Part shown: in pieces, positions 53,024-63,232 of the stretch
Numbering within the stretch: the first letter of the stretch is position 1
How the letters are laid out: each line of letters begins with the position of its first letter
NCBI RefSeq assembly: GCF_054482525.1
Contig: NZ_JBTHVG010000004.1
Origin: a plasmid
Length of the DNA: 64,000 nucleotides
Direction: 5' to 3' (one strand)
Translations under genes and position numbers: made by a program
The notes under the pieces: generated by a model
Databases searched by the model: none
What the model was told of the DNA's origin: nothing
Seen by the model: only the letters and a program-made list of their open reading frames with translations

Positions 53024-54577
53024 TTAGGCATCATCGATGCTGAGGCGTTCGTCTTCGTCCAGAGGGATGATTCTGTCGGCTTCAAGAGGGTCCACCAGGC
53101 CTTCATTGATACGGCGAAGCAGATGCTCCACACGACTGATGCCATGCATGTTTTCAAGCCAGTATTTACGTGCTGCAACTTTGCCGCGTGTTTTCAGAAT
53201 CTGAAATAAGCGATTATCAGGTTCTATCACTTCAGCAATTACGGTCCTGCCGGTGAGGCCTTTACCTATTTCACCGCGCTTTCTGCCGTTAATAATTACG
53301 TCGTGATTACAGTCGGAGCATCCGTGAGGATTTCGGAACCAGATATTATCTGTACTGCAGAGTGAATCTTTATTGCAGTGCCGCTCAAGGTAAGCGCGGT
53401 CGTCTTCGCTAAGTTCAGGTACTCGCTTTTCCCATGGAATACGGCAGGAGGGACACAGCGTTGGTACAAGGCGCTGGCTTATCATCCCAATCAGTAATTG
53501 CGCATCACAAATAAGATCGGCATTCATACCCATCGTAATCATTCGCTCCGGTATACCCAGAGCTGAGTTTGTATGTAATGTCGTCAGAACGATGTGACCG
53601 GTCTGAGCCGCGTAGGTGGTTGACATCATCGAGACAAGATCGCGCATTTCCCCTTCCATGATGGCATCGGGGTCAAGTCGCATTGCCGATGAAATAGCAC
53701 GACTCCATGCCAGTTTGACGGCCTCTTCGTCGGATTTGTCACAGATAATCGGGGTTTGTGTTGCCCCCAGTATCTGTCCTTCCAGCGGATCTTCGATCGT
53801 CAGCAGGTGTCGCCCCTGATTATCGTCAAGATATACACGGCAGGCACTGCGTAACGTTGTTGATTTACCCGAACCTGTTGGACCAGACAGAACAATTTTC
53901 CCTTCCGGGCGGCGCAGCATGACGTTCAGCAACCGGATTTGCTCCGGTATAAAGCCCAGTTGCTTAAACGTGGGAACTTTGTCTCCGTCATCGGGTATCA
54001 GGCGCATAACCGCAATCAGACCATCTCCCGTAGGTCTGTGACTGTATCGTGCACCAAATATTCCTATTTTTCGCATTAATTGTGGGGACAGGCGCGCATC
54101 CTGTTCCCTTTGAGGGAAGAAACTGGTTTCAGTGACATCAGCCATTGACAGAATGGCTGTTGCGCAAAGTGAATAACCCAATGCAGGTTGATCTTCATCT
54201 ACAGTCTGCAGTTCACCGAATATTCTCATGCGAACTTTGAAAATAGACTCTGAAATTAAAAAATGAATATCCGAAGCACCAAGTTTTCTGGCCGTTTCAA
54301 AATAGGAGAGAACTTTCTTCTCACTTTCACTGACATCTGCAAGATCTTTCAGATGAATAATCCGTTCTTTCGGACCTTTATTTTCATCATCCTGACCGGC
54401 TTCCTGTAACTCAGACAGCGAGACTACTTTTGGGGTGATGTCAGGGTATAACTTTAGCAGTTCCTGGAGATTACTCTGTACGTCAGGTCTTGTTCGCTGA
54501 TTTGTTTCGATGAGAATTTCATGGGTGTCTCCCCGGGATATAAAAAGGAGAGCATCCTTCAGATTATATTTGTCCAT
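53024..54577 (-). CDS. pilQ: PilQ assembly ATPase (GspE family)
   Basis: 517 aa with the Walker A motif GPTGSGKSTT and a tetracysteine region. Confidence 0.9.
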   Translation of the reverse strand: MDKYNLKDALLFISRGDTHEILIETNQRTRPDVQSNLQELLKLYPDITPKVVSLSELQEAGQDDENKGPKERIIHLKDLADVSESEKKVLSYFETARKLGASDIHFLISESIFKVRMRIFGELQTVDEDQPALGYSLCATAILSMADVTETSFFPQREQDARLSPQLMRKIGIFGARYSHRPTGDGLIAVMRLIPDDGDKVPTFKQLGFIPEQIRLLNVMLRRPEGKIVLSGPTGSGKSTTLRSACRVYLDDNQGRHLLTIEDPLEGQILGATQTPIICDKSDEEAVKLAWSRAISSAMRLDPDAIMEGEMRDLVSMMSTTYAAQTGHIVLTTLHTNSALGIPERMITMGMNADLICDAQLLIGMISQRLVPTLCPSCRIPWEKRVPELSEDDRAYLERHCNKDSLCSTDNIWFRNPHGCSDCNHDVIINGRKRGEIGKGLTGRTVIAEVIEPDNRLFQILKTRGKVAARKYWLENMHGISRVEHLLRRINEGLVDPLEADRIIPLDEDERLSIDDA

Positions 54578-54587
54578 ATCACATCAC

Positions 54588-55040
54588 TCAGAAAGTAAGG
54601 GTGGTGCCATCACTTAACGTGACGCCAGACAATGAGATCGACTTCACCGTGACGGATGTACCCGGAAGCTGGCTACCAGTGGTGACGCTTGTCTGACGTC
54701 CATCAGCCATGCGAAGAACGGCATGAAGACGTTTATCTTTGCCGTTTATTTCCATAATAACGGGCAATTCCTTTCTGTTTTTAGATGTCGGCTGCTCTGA
54801 AACTGATGGCAAGGAGGCAGTCACACCAGAGAAACCTGAAACAGTTTCTGATGACAGATTAACATCTGATTCTTCGAGTTGTTTCTGTAGCTGTGCGCCC
54901 TGAACTTTTGCCTGTAAAAGAATATTCCGGTTTTGTTGTGCTTCAAGTTCTCCTATTGTGACAAGAGGTTGTGTTGTTGCAAATGAAAAACCAGAGAAGA
55001 AAAATATGGATGGAATAATGAGTAATTTACCTGGACGCAT
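54588..55040 (-). CDS. pilP: PilP
   Basis: 150 aa with a signal/anchor sequence. Order as in R64. Confidence 0.75.
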   Translation of the reverse strand: MRPGKLLIIPSIFFFSGFSFATTQPLVTIGELEAQQNRNILLQAKVQGAQLQKQLEESDVNLSSETVSGFSGVTASLPSVSEQPTSKNRKELPVIMEINGKDKRLHAVLRMADGRQTSVTTGSQLPGTSVTVKSISLSGVTLSDGTTLTF

Positions 55041-56322
55041 ATATATGACCTTCTGAGGAATAACTGAAAGTACCGCCGTTTAATTCAAAATGGATATTGC
55101 TCAGACGAACGCCGGTATCCTGAAATAAAGGGAACAACTCATCAGGATTTACAGGCGTTGATAAACTGAACTGATATTCTTTCCATTTCTGAACAGGGGC
55201 TGGTTCACCATCGTTACCTGGTAATGGTTCCTGTATGGCTATTTCATTAATGGCCGGCGTTAACTGTTTTTTCTGAAACCACGTGAACACCCGCATCAGT
55301 TGTTCTGAGGGGGCAGGGACTGCCTCATCCCTGCGGGGCAGGGAAGGCAGTGGCCGGGTTACAGAAGCCAGGCGTGCACCATCTTTAAGGTTAAAGTCAG
55401 GAATAACATTAAAGATTTCTTTGCTTCTTGCCAGAAAGCCTTCAATAGTTCCTCCTGGCTGTCGTTCGTAAATCAGTGTGAATGTCTCGGGAGTACATGT
55501 TCCACCGGTAAGTTTCCAGCCTTCTAGCGCGACCGGTGATGGTTTTCGAAGGTCCGCGCAGGCTTTCAGAAAATCACTGATTACAGGTTGTGACGCCCAT
55601 GGATGCGGGAGCTCCGGTGGTGGTTCGGGCTTTTTAAACTGTAATCTTGCCCGTGCAGCTATCTCCTCGGCGGTCGGTCCTACATCAGGCTCTGGCTGAG
55701 TCATCCAGAATACTGTGCCTGCGCCGGCTGCTACTAAAAACAGTACGGCAGGAAGTGTGAATTTGCTGCGATTGCCGACAGTAAGTTTGCAACGGCGGAG
55801 GTCTGCTGATGATAACCGGGTAATAATACTTTCCCAGTTATCAGGATGTTCCAGAGACGATACAACCTGCCATTTTTCGGGGGGCTCTTCGTTCATCGCC
55901 AGAAAAAGGCTGACCTTTTGGGCAACGTCGGCATCATTTCCTGATAAGTCAGCCATAACGGCAGGCTGGCCATTAATGGAAGCAAGGAATAAGAGCTCCT
56001 TATCGCTGTACCGGAAGACACCGTATCCATTTCTGACCCATGAGCAGAAAGCCAGTGCCAGGGAAAAATAATGATTGCGTTCTGGCCTGGTCAGTATTCC
56101 TGTGCCGGTAAGGCGGCTGATCTCTCCACGGGAATTTCTGCTGCCTACAGTCACTTTCAGGGAGGTAAGCCGTCTGGGTTTTACATGAGACTTGTGTTTA
56201 TGATGTGAGGGGACGCGCTGTTTTTTTACGACAGGAGTCCATTTAAGACAGGCAGCCCACACGCGATGATTTACTTTAGGATCTGCGAGAAGCACTACCG
56301 GGTTGATATCTTCATCAGCCAT
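55027..56322 (-). CDS. pilO: PilO
   Basis: 431 aa with one transmembrane segment. Order as in R64. Confidence 0.75.
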   Translation of the reverse strand: MADEDINPVVLLADPKVNHRVWAACLKWTPVVKKQRVPSHHKHKSHVKPRRLTSLKVTVGSRNSRGEISRLTGTGILTRPERNHYFSLALAFCSWVRNGYGVFRYSDKELLFLASINGQPAVMADLSGNDADVAQKVSLFLAMNEEPPEKWQVVSSLEHPDNWESIITRLSSADLRRCKLTVGNRSKFTLPAVLFLVAAGAGTVFWMTQPEPDVGPTAEEIAARARLQFKKPEPPPELPHPWASQPVISDFLKACADLRKPSPVALEGWKLTGGTCTPETFTLIYERQPGGTIEGFLARSKEIFNVIPDFNLKDGARLASVTRPLPSLPRRDEAVPAPSEQLMRVFTWFQKKQLTPAINEIAIQEPLPGNDGEPAPVQKWKEYQFSLSTPVNPDELFPLFQDTGVRLSNIHFELNGGTFSYSSEGHIYASR

Positions 56323-57997
56323 TATTGCCTCCTGACGGGAAAGTCGGGGTAATGATGATCACAAGCGTGCTGCGTTCATTTTTCCCGGTTTGTGAACCAC
56401 CAAATAATGGATTTGCTGGCGTAAACGTACCGGCTTTACTTGTCGTCGTATTGTTCTGATCGAAACCAGTAACGACAAGTGATTGCCCTTCTTTCAGATT
56501 GACCTTCTGGCTCAGTGAACGCAGTTTGGTATATGGCATTTCGATGTAACTGTTTCCGTCTTTTGACGTAAAGCTACGGATAGTCGGGGGATCAGACAGA
56601 TTAAAGTTCATCTGCAACTGGAGATTGCCTGTTTTCTGAATTAAAGGCAGCAGGGTCATATTGAATCCAGTGGTGATCATGCCCGGTGTTAATGTTGTTG
56701 TTGCCCCTACATCCGTAGTCGTAGTTGTTGCTGACTGGGCGACGTAAACTGTCTGATCTGCCATCTGGATAGGTACCGGCGTCAGGTTTGTGACCGTGCT
56801 TTCTTGTGAAGTTACAACGCTGACATCGCCTTGTTCACTCAGTGCTTTAATCAGAAGGCTGGAACCGCTGAATTTGGCGGCATTCCCTGTTGCCGTATCC
56901 AGAATTGATACGCCTGCAGATGTAGCGCCTGTAAAATCTCCGCTTGCATTGTTCAACGTTGCTCCGGCGGAATGTAGCGATTTGTAAACAAGGTTCCAGT
57001 CCAGACCGAACTGCTCGTTTCTGGTATTGCTGACGCTCAGAACCTGTACGTTCAGGGCTACCTGGCGGTTCATAATACTGTTTTGTTCGTCCACATATCG
57101 TGCGACGGCTTCCTGGACAGCAGGAGTATCAGTGACTGTTAGCGTTGAGCTCGATGCAGATAACCAGTAACGGCCTTTTTCTGGTGTCAGCATCGCTTCA
57201 ATAGTTTTCCGGATGTCTTCATACAGGTCGTATTCCTGACCGACGGTTGTGCTCTGAGAGGACGTAGCATCACCGGATGCTGAGTTATCCTGGCCTCCTG
57301 TTGCCCCCATTGTGCTTGTTGAGCCAGAGCTGACGCTGGAACTGCTGCTGGTTTTGGTGTTCAGCATATGAAGTGGATACGTTCTGGTTTCAGTCAGATA
57401 GAATACAATCCGACCATTATCCATGCGCCAGTACAGACCGCTTCGGCTGGCCATCAAATCCAGAAGACCATTGATATCTCCCTGCCACATGAGGTTATTC
57501 AGCGTTAATGGCTGAGTGGAGGTAGTCATTGTTGTGCTGCCCAGGCTGCTTAACGGCAGACGACCATTTTCATCAGGTGCTGGTAGTGTCCCAGTCATCT
57601 GGCGGGTAGCGCCTCCTTCAAGAGTTGAATTGGCTGCGTCAGGGGTGATGATTACGGGGATGCCGCATACGGCAGTAATACGTTGCCCCAGTTCCTGTAG
57701 AGTGATCTCTCCTTTTCTTGCCTGCGTGATGTAGCAGGCCGGAGCTGTTTGTTTTTTCTCTCTTGATACCTGAGCGACCGGAACAGGGTTTATCCATTGA
57801 TTATCGAGCCAGGTAAGAGCCTGTGATTTGCGGGCAGAAAGGGCTGATACCTTTTCCCGTGCATGTGCTGAGTCCTCCTGTGCTTTTTTCTGCATTTTAT
57901 TGATTTCGCTGAAAGTACATCCGGAGATGGAAAGAGCGACGGCGATCATGCAGGGGAGCACCGCCAGCTTCATTGAACGCTGGTGTGATTTTTTCAT
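56315..57997 (-). CDS. pilN: PilN secretin lipoprotein
   Basis: 560 aa with the lipobox LSISGC and a secretin-like C-terminal half. Confidence 0.85.
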   Translation of the reverse strand: MKKSHQRSMKLAVLPCMIAVALSISGCTFSEINKMQKKAQEDSAHAREKVSALSARKSQALTWLDNQWINPVPVAQVSREKKQTAPACYITQARKGEITLQELGQRITAVCGIPVIITPDAANSTLEGGATRQMTGTLPAPDENGRLPLSSLGSTTMTTSTQPLTLNNLMWQGDINGLLDLMASRSGLYWRMDNGRIVFYLTETRTYPLHMLNTKTSSSSSVSSGSTSTMGATGGQDNSASGDATSSQSTTVGQEYDLYEDIRKTIEAMLTPEKGRYWLSASSSTLTVTDTPAVQEAVARYVDEQNSIMNRQVALNVQVLSVSNTRNEQFGLDWNLVYKSLHSAGATLNNASGDFTGATSAGVSILDTATGNAAKFSGSSLLIKALSEQGDVSVVTSQESTVTNLTPVPIQMADQTVYVAQSATTTTTDVGATTTLTPGMITTGFNMTLLPLIQKTGNLQLQMNFNLSDPPTIRSFTSKDGNSYIEMPYTKLRSLSQKVNLKEGQSLVVTGFDQNNTTTSKAGTFTPANPLFGGSQTGKNERSTLVIIITPTFPSGGNNG

Positions 57998-58010
57998 GAA
58001 TATATCCAGA

Positions 58011-58448
58011 TTAGTTAACGTAGACGACAGAACCAGCAGTAATGCCTGCCGGGGGTGTCAGACCGGTTGCAGTTCCTGATAGCCAGGTGAGTTGCCCGTT
58101 TTGGAAGATCCCTATTAGTGCAGAACCACGACTTTTTGAACGCAAAGTTTCAACAAGTCCTGGTTGTTCAGGCATCCATACCCACAGACGTCCCTGTTGT
58201 AACTGATGTTTAATTCGGGAGTCCGGAGTGACAGGGAGAGCCAGTTTATCTGAAGAAATTACTCCGTCCTGCTGGCCTGATACGTATCTGATATCATTGA
58301 TTCTGTTAGCAATCATTAGTATCTGACTTGCCCATACAGACGCACTTGCATATTGCTGGGCGTTCGTGGTTTCAGACATCTGCTGATTCTGGTAGCTTCC
58401 AGTGATAATCAGAATGGTCAGGCCGACGGCCATGACCAGCCATCCCAT
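58011..58448 (-). CDS. pilM: PilM
   Basis: 145 aa with an N-terminal transmembrane segment. Order as in R64. Confidence 0.75.
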   Translation of the reverse strand: MGWLVMAVGLTILIITGSYQNQQMSETTNAQQYASASVWASQILMIANRINDIRYVSGQQDGVISSDKLALPVTPDSRIKHQLQQGRLWVWMPEQPGLVETLRSKSRGSALIGIFQNGQLTWLSGTATGLTPPAGITAGSVVYVN

Positions 58449-59515
58449 TAGCGACCATCCCTTGTATCAGAAACTGTAATGATGCACTGCATGCGGGAGG
58501 CCTGTGCGTATAAAGGTTTTTGCGCGGTCCGATATAACTCAAATACCTGCTCCATGGCTGATTCAAATGATCCCCGGAACATCAAAGGCGCATCAAGACG
58601 GTAATCGGTTACAGAAAGTGGCCATATGACCATCCAGTGCGTTGATGCCATGCTTTCGCATTTTGTTTCTTCTGCCCACTTAATAATGTTTTCCCTTAAT
58701 GTAGTGCCTGCCGGCGCACGCCACTCTTTACCCTGAGATACCGGTTTGACAGGTGTCCCGGTCATGAGTGGGATAGACTTGACTGTGGAGCCGGTCGGAG
58801 TCGGGATTGCAGCGGGCGTAGACGGAGATACGCTGTTTCCCCTGAATGGGTTTCGTGGTTTGTTCTGGCTATTTGCTGTCGTTGAAGACTCCGGGGAAGT
58901 GGATGTGGTTACCATGGCTGCTGGCGAGATAGTGGTTGCCGTGTCCTGTGCCGGTGCAGTAGCCGATGTTGTGACGGTCAACGTTTTATTATCCCAGTCC
59001 AGATGGCCCCAGAGGTGTTGTTCTTCCAGCAACCGGTTCAGAGAACGGGTCCACTGATCATTGGCAGACCATGAAACCAGTTTGGTATTCAGTTTGGGCG
59101 TGGCTGCATTCTCTTGTCTGAATTTCCATCCTTCCGGTAGTAATGTTTTTATCCACTGACTGACGGTCCGGTTACGGGCCGTCGGCGATAGTGTTACAGG
59201 GGCGCTACCAGGCTTGCCTGTAATGATTAACCGGGAGAAATTCTGACTTATTGTTGGTGAAGGTAACGGTCGGGATTCGCTTACTGGCTGTGCTGTTTTT
59301 ACTGTCTCTGGCACGCTGACTCTCGGGGGCGGAGTTATTTTAGGTGGAGAAAGTCGTTGTTGCGTAAGTGCCAGGACGCCAGCACTCTCACTGATTTGTC
59401 CGTCAACAAAAACCAGAGCAGGCGTATCTGATGGTGCCACGTTATTGCCGCCGGAAATTCCGGCACAGCCGGACAATAATGACGGCAGTATAAGTGTCAG
59501 ACAGTTTTTTTTCAT
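58448..59515 (-). CDS. pilL: PilL lipoprotein
   Basis: 355 aa with the lipobox LLSGC and a Thr/Ser/Pro-rich middle region. Confidence 0.8.
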   Translation of the reverse strand: MKKNCLTLILPSLLSGCAGISGGNNVAPSDTPALVFVDGQISESAGVLALTQQRLSPPKITPPPRVSVPETVKTAQPVSESRPLPSPTISQNFSRLIITGKPGSAPVTLSPTARNRTVSQWIKTLLPEGWKFRQENAATPKLNTKLVSWSANDQWTRSLNRLLEEQHLWGHLDWDNKTLTVTTSATAPAQDTATTISPAAMVTTSTSPESSTTANSQNKPRNPFRGNSVSPSTPAAIPTPTGSTVKSIPLMTGTPVKPVSQGKEWRAPAGTTLRENIIKWAEETKCESMASTHWMVIWPLSVTDYRLDAPLMFRGSFESAMEQVFELYRTAQKPLYAQASRMQCIITVSDTRDGR

Positions 59516-59548
59516 AACGGAGACTCCGTGTTCGTATATACGAGTTTG

Positions 59549-60142
59549 TTAATTGATGTGAGGCGGCTGGAGAGGACGAATGACGACTGTCATTCCGTCC
59601 GAATGCAAATGCGGGAAAGACCACTGAAATAAGAGATATATAAAAGGAATTGATAATTTTTCGTACAGACTTGTTTTCCGTGGGTATGTAATAACTGAAA
59701 AACTCAAATCATAAGATTTCAGTCTCTTTATAAGTTTATTTATTCTTGCTGGAGTAAAGAGATGTGAATGCATGACAATGATTTCATCATTATTAATTGC
59801 TTTTGATATCAGAGAAAGCAATACATCCCAGTGTTTCCTCATTGACTTCGGGCAACGTGTGTCAGCATAGGGGCTAAGATGTATAGTTGATTTCTTGCTT
59901 CCCTTTTTCTTCTTCACAAAGAATGTGAAGTCGTATTTAGATGCAGACCTTACAATAAGAAGTACACATCTGAAAAGTAGTGGGAAAATGCAAATCACAA
60001 CCACCACACAGAAATATAACATATAAGGCAATGATAAGTTGTCAGTGTATGGATAACGTAAGTATTGCCATGGGGTAGTGATGTACAGACAAAGCGTACA
60101 CCAAAGCAACCAGAGATATAATGGTACGTTATTATTTTTCAT
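59549..60142 (-). CDS. pilK: PilK
   Basis: 197 aa, AT-rich, with N-terminal transmembrane segments. Order as in R64. Confidence 0.7.
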   Translation of the reverse strand: MKNNNVPLYLWLLWCTLCLYITTPWQYLRYPYTDNLSLPYMLYFCVVVVICIFPLLFRCVLLIVRSASKYDFTFFVKKKKGSKKSTIHLSPYADTRCPKSMRKHWDVLLSLISKAINNDEIIVMHSHLFTPARINKLIKRLKSYDLSFSVITYPRKTSLYEKLSIPFIYLLFQWSFPHLHSDGMTVVIRPLQPPHIN

Positions 60143-60266
60143 GTTGGCTGAGGCAGGCGACTAAAATAACAGACTAAGGAGGATTAACTGTTTAATTCTT
60201 TGGAACAAAAAAATGCAGTTCCTGATCATCACACACCATTGAATAAACATTTTGCTTCGGTTGCGT

Positions 60267-60521
60267 TCATGATAGCCAGTCCTGTAGATGCTGATGGCGG
60301 GAGCTGCTGCCCTTGTGCCAGCGGCAGTGGCTGCCGGGAGCACGCTCCAGTCGGAACAGAAATCGGTTGTCGCGTAGTACCACCACGAGACAGTTATCCG
60401 GCGTGCAGAAACGTCGGGCAAGCTCATCGGGGTCTGTCGGTGTTTTCGTTGAAAACAGCCTGCGTTTGCAGTGTGCGTCGACGACCAGTATTTGCAGTCG
60501 TCCGGGATGTTGCTGTGGCAT
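60267..60521 (-). CDS. pilI: PilI (84 aa)
   Basis: The ATG at 60521 has AGGAG 6 nt upstream. The length of 84 aa matches my recollection of R64 pilI. Confidence 0.6.
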   Translation of the reverse strand: MPQQHPGRLQILVVDAHCKRRLFSTKTPTDPDELARRFCTPDNCLVVVLRDNRFLFRLERAPGSHCRWHKGSSSRHQHLQDWLS

Positions 60522-60692
60522 CAAAGACTCCTTCCGGAACGGGAAAAGAAGCAGCTGTACCGTCATAACTGCACGTACCGGTTGCGAAAAAACGGCACAA
60601 GCGAGTAGTGACAGAAAGAATGTCGGAAACGGCAGGAAGGGCGGTACAGGCTGCGAAGACTGGAAACGGGGTATGCCGGGGATTACACATCC

Positions 60693-61376
60693 TCAGTGTA
60701 ATGTGATAGTCGTCTGCTCCTGTGTTGCACCCCAGACATCTTCTGGCAAGCTGGGCAGCCCGATAAATAGGGTGTGAAAGAGGGTTTCTCTGCGTTCGAT
60801 CCCGAATTGATGTTCGTATCCTCTCACCACCTGAAATCCTTCGTCGGAGAATATTAACTCTGCCGTTTCCAGAAGCTGCATAGTTTTGCGGTGTAGTGGA
60901 GTGATCAGCTGCAACGTAACTGGTGCCCTCATATCGCCTGTCGGTAGAAAACACTCTTCGGTGCGACTTAGTTGTAGCAGATGGCGTTTCCCGGAACAGG
61001 CCCGTTCAATGGATTCATTGAACACCCTCTCAGGCCATGGGCAGACATAAGTGCGCCAGCCTGCTTTCTGTAATTTACCCAGCGCAGCCCGAAAACGAAA
61101 CAACGGACATTCCCCGACAGTGGCAGAGCTGAGAAAGAGCGTATTCAGCGTTCCGATGATGGGAATATTGCGATCTTTTTCGGTCAATGCTTTTAACGCC
61201 ATGATTTCGCCAGGGAGACTACTGAACTCAGGATGTCTGCTGGCACCAGAAAGCCATTCAAGCAGGTAATGCCGTAATCCGGTTTCACTGGTTATATTGT
61301 GGTTTTCCTGTGCCGTTTTCAGGGCATTCAGTGCACACCAGAGCAACTGGCGCACGGGATGTTCTGTCGTGGTCAT
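60693..61376 (-). CDS. traC: TraC (positive regulator of transfer genes in R64)
   Basis: 227 aa ORF downstream of traB. Assigned by position and length only. Confidence 0.65.
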   Translation of the reverse strand: MTTTEHPVRQLLWCALNALKTAQENHNITSETGLRHYLLEWLSGASRHPEFSSLPGEIMALKALTEKDRNIPIIGTLNTLFLSSATVGECPLFRFRAALGKLQKAGWRTYVCPWPERVFNESIERACSGKRHLLQLSRTEECFLPTGDMRAPVTLQLITPLHRKTMQLLETAELIFSDEGFQVVRGYEHQFGIERRETLFHTLFIGLPSLPEDVWGATQEQTTITLH

Positions 61377-61595
61377 GCGAATGTCCTACTGTGAGATGAA
61401 AAGAAGACCGGTATCCGTTCTCTCCGCCACACGTGATGGCACGGGCCGGCCTTTGATAAAACGAATCAATACTCTGGGGTGAAGCCTTTTATTTCTTTCG
61501 CCATTAAGAAATACACGGTTCCATCAAAAGACAGGGGGAGTCCATGGTGGGGATGGCTTCGTGCAGGCTTCACTCCGGAATATTCTCTTGAATTG

Positions 61596-61620
61596 AAAAA
61601 AGCCCGGCCCGAAGGCCGGG
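61596..61620 (-). terminator. Hairpin plus U-tract downstream of traB
   Basis: In minus sense it reads cccggcc-ttcg-ggccggg followed by cttttttc. Confidence 0.65.
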
Positions 61621-61629
61621 AAATACTGG

Positions 61630-62163
61630 CTATGGGATGTTTACAAGGCGCTCCATAAAGCCGTGATGTTCGGCATTTGATACCAGTTCCAGGAGCAGGG
61701 ATATCCTCGACTCAGGCTGGAGAGTATTTTCCATTCTGAGGAGATACTGATATTGTGCTTTTGTCAGCCATATGCTGGAAGCCGCATTCAGCTCTTCCCT
61801 GGCTCCCGGATTTAGCACAGGGTCCGGGTAAATCTTCATTAATCCATCAACAATATCTTTATTGACGGGTTTTATTTCACCGCCAAACTTCACGAAATCA
61901 ATGAAGGCGCTATGGCGACGTAATGCCGATACTGGTTGAATGTCAAAATTAGCCAGAATAAAAAAGTACCCTGGAAAAATAGCGAATATTCTTTCACGGT
62001 AACAGCACCTGGAGTCTGCCCGTCTTATCTTTCTTGTTATTAATGGAGTCCATGGTACGACGTTTTGCTCATTCAGCCATGAGAATAAAGATTCTCTGTT
62101 TTTGCCGGCTGTATTATATTGCGCAAGATACCAGTTCCGGTTATTCAGGTGTTCTATATTCAC
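61630..62163 (-). CDS. traB: TraB, RfaH/NusG-like (NGN-domain) transcription factor
   Basis: It is collinear with RfaH by eye: NWYLAQY with SWYLLYC, IFPGYFFILANFD with LFPNYLFVEFD, FVKFGG with FVRFGA, and ESRISLLLELVSN with EARSMLLLNLINK. The GTG at 62163 is preferred over the track's TTG at 62184, which lies inside the repeat element. Confidence 0.75.
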   Translation of the reverse strand: MNIEHLNNRNWYLAQYNTAGKNRESLFSWLNEQNVVPWTPLITRKIRRADSRCCYRERIFAIFPGYFFILANFDIQPVSALRRHSAFIDFVKFGGEIKPVNKDIVDGLMKIYPDPVLNPGAREELNAASSIWLTKAQYQYLLRMENTLQPESRISLLLELVSNAEHHGFMERLVNIP

Positions 62164-62170
62164 GAAGTTC

Positions 62171-62293
62171 AACGCTCCGCGCAAAACCGATCCATGATGG
62201 ACGATTTTGCGATGTCAGGCGAATATGCTAAATCATATGTCTGAAGCAGTGTCCAGCCCATATCTGGATAAACTGCAGTTCTGACAGGCATAT
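62171..62293 (-). promoter_or_regulatory. Conserved tra leader module, copy B (immediately upstream of traB)
   Basis: Homologous to 42780-42904 and 63233-63357. It ends (minus sense) in GGATCGGTTTTGCGCGGAGCGTT, 8 nt before the traB GTG. Confidence 0.7.
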
Positions 62294-62578
62294 AACCAGC
62301 AGACTCTAGTACGTTCTGTATCGGTGATTTGGCGAACTCACAGATAAAGAACGGCTAAGCACTAATATCAGCAATACAGTGGCACAGTATTGTGATACGC
62401 GAAATAAAACATCAGCACGTCAGTTCAGAGTAAGGTCGCCATATATCGGGCATGAGCCAGATACAAATAATTGGGACACCGTCTGAAGTGATTTGCTTTA
62501 TTAAAGTAACTTGTGCTTGGTGTTTATGTTTATCAATTTGGGATCGCCTGTAAAGTGCAAAATGCAATTTCCATGAAA

Positions 62579-62601
62579 GTGTCCCCTTTAATGGGGACAC
62601 C
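62579..62601 (-). terminator. Hairpin after traA
   Basis: gtgtcccc-tttaat-ggggacac stem-loop directly after the traA stop. Confidence 0.55.
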
Positions 62602-62604
62602 TGT

Positions 62605-62913
62605 TCACATTTTTTCGTTTTCTTTAGCTGTATTGCTAATCATGAAAACGAACGTTCGCATCAGCACAGCAGAGCGAAGTGCATCATATCCTTCCAGATT
62701 TAAGTTCTTCAGGCTTCGCTTCAGGTAGGTTCGTACCGTTTCGGGAGAAAGCCGACAGTTCTGAGCAATGGCGTCGTAAGGAACACCCATTGCGTAAAAA
62801 ACGCAGACTTTAAGCTGGTTTGTTGATAGCTCGGGAAACATGCCTTCCAACAGAGTGATGGCCGGGAGTTTCTGTATCAGTTGAGGTGACATAGCAAAGG
62901 TCTCCGATGACAA
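62605..62913 (-). CDS. traA: TraA, LuxR/GerE-type HTH regulator
   Basis: 102 aa with a GerE-like HTH (LSTNQLKVCVFYAMGVPYDAIAQNCRLSPETVRTYLKRSLKNL). Confidence 0.75.
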   Translation of the reverse strand: MSSETFAMSPQLIQKLPAITLLEGMFPELSTNQLKVCVFYAMGVPYDAIAQNCRLSPETVRTYLKRSLKNLNLEGYDALRSAVLMRTFVFMISNTAKENEKM

Positions 62914-63232
62914 CTAAAAACGCTATCACTGAGTTCCTACGCTCATTGGTGATAGCCCAGACGGGGGTAGGAATACCGGCGTCATCGGAAACCGGCCAGG
63001 CTAATGCCTGCCCCGCCTGAGCTACCATAGATGACGACAAGAAATACAAGTTCCTGTCTTTATGGTATGGCAAAAAACGACGCCAAATGAAGAAATTAAC
63101 TTCTGCGCCGACGATGACTACGCGGGTTCCTACGCCCGATCACAGTTTTGCCTGTGACCAGTAAAGGGTACTTAGTATAACGCACCGAGTCAACTAACAG
63201 CTTAAAAAACATACAAAAAAGCGTCAAAACTT

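Noticed and set aside
60161-60954. ORFs 60161-60427 (88 aa, a possible pilJ) and 60424-60954 (176 aa), and the + strand ORFs 60200-60568 and 60313-60777.
   Set aside because: They overlap pilI and/or traC extensively in other frames and have odd compositions. I could not find convincing start signals. A pilJ or traD may exist here as in R64, but I cannot support coordinates from the sequence alone.
62933-63137. A 12-mer direct repeat, gttcctacgc(t/c)c, at 62933-62944 and 63126-63137 upstream of traA, as a possible regulator binding site.
   Set aside because: It is a single pair with one mismatch and no symmetry, and I cannot exclude chance. It is noted only in case footprinting of TraA or TraC is done.
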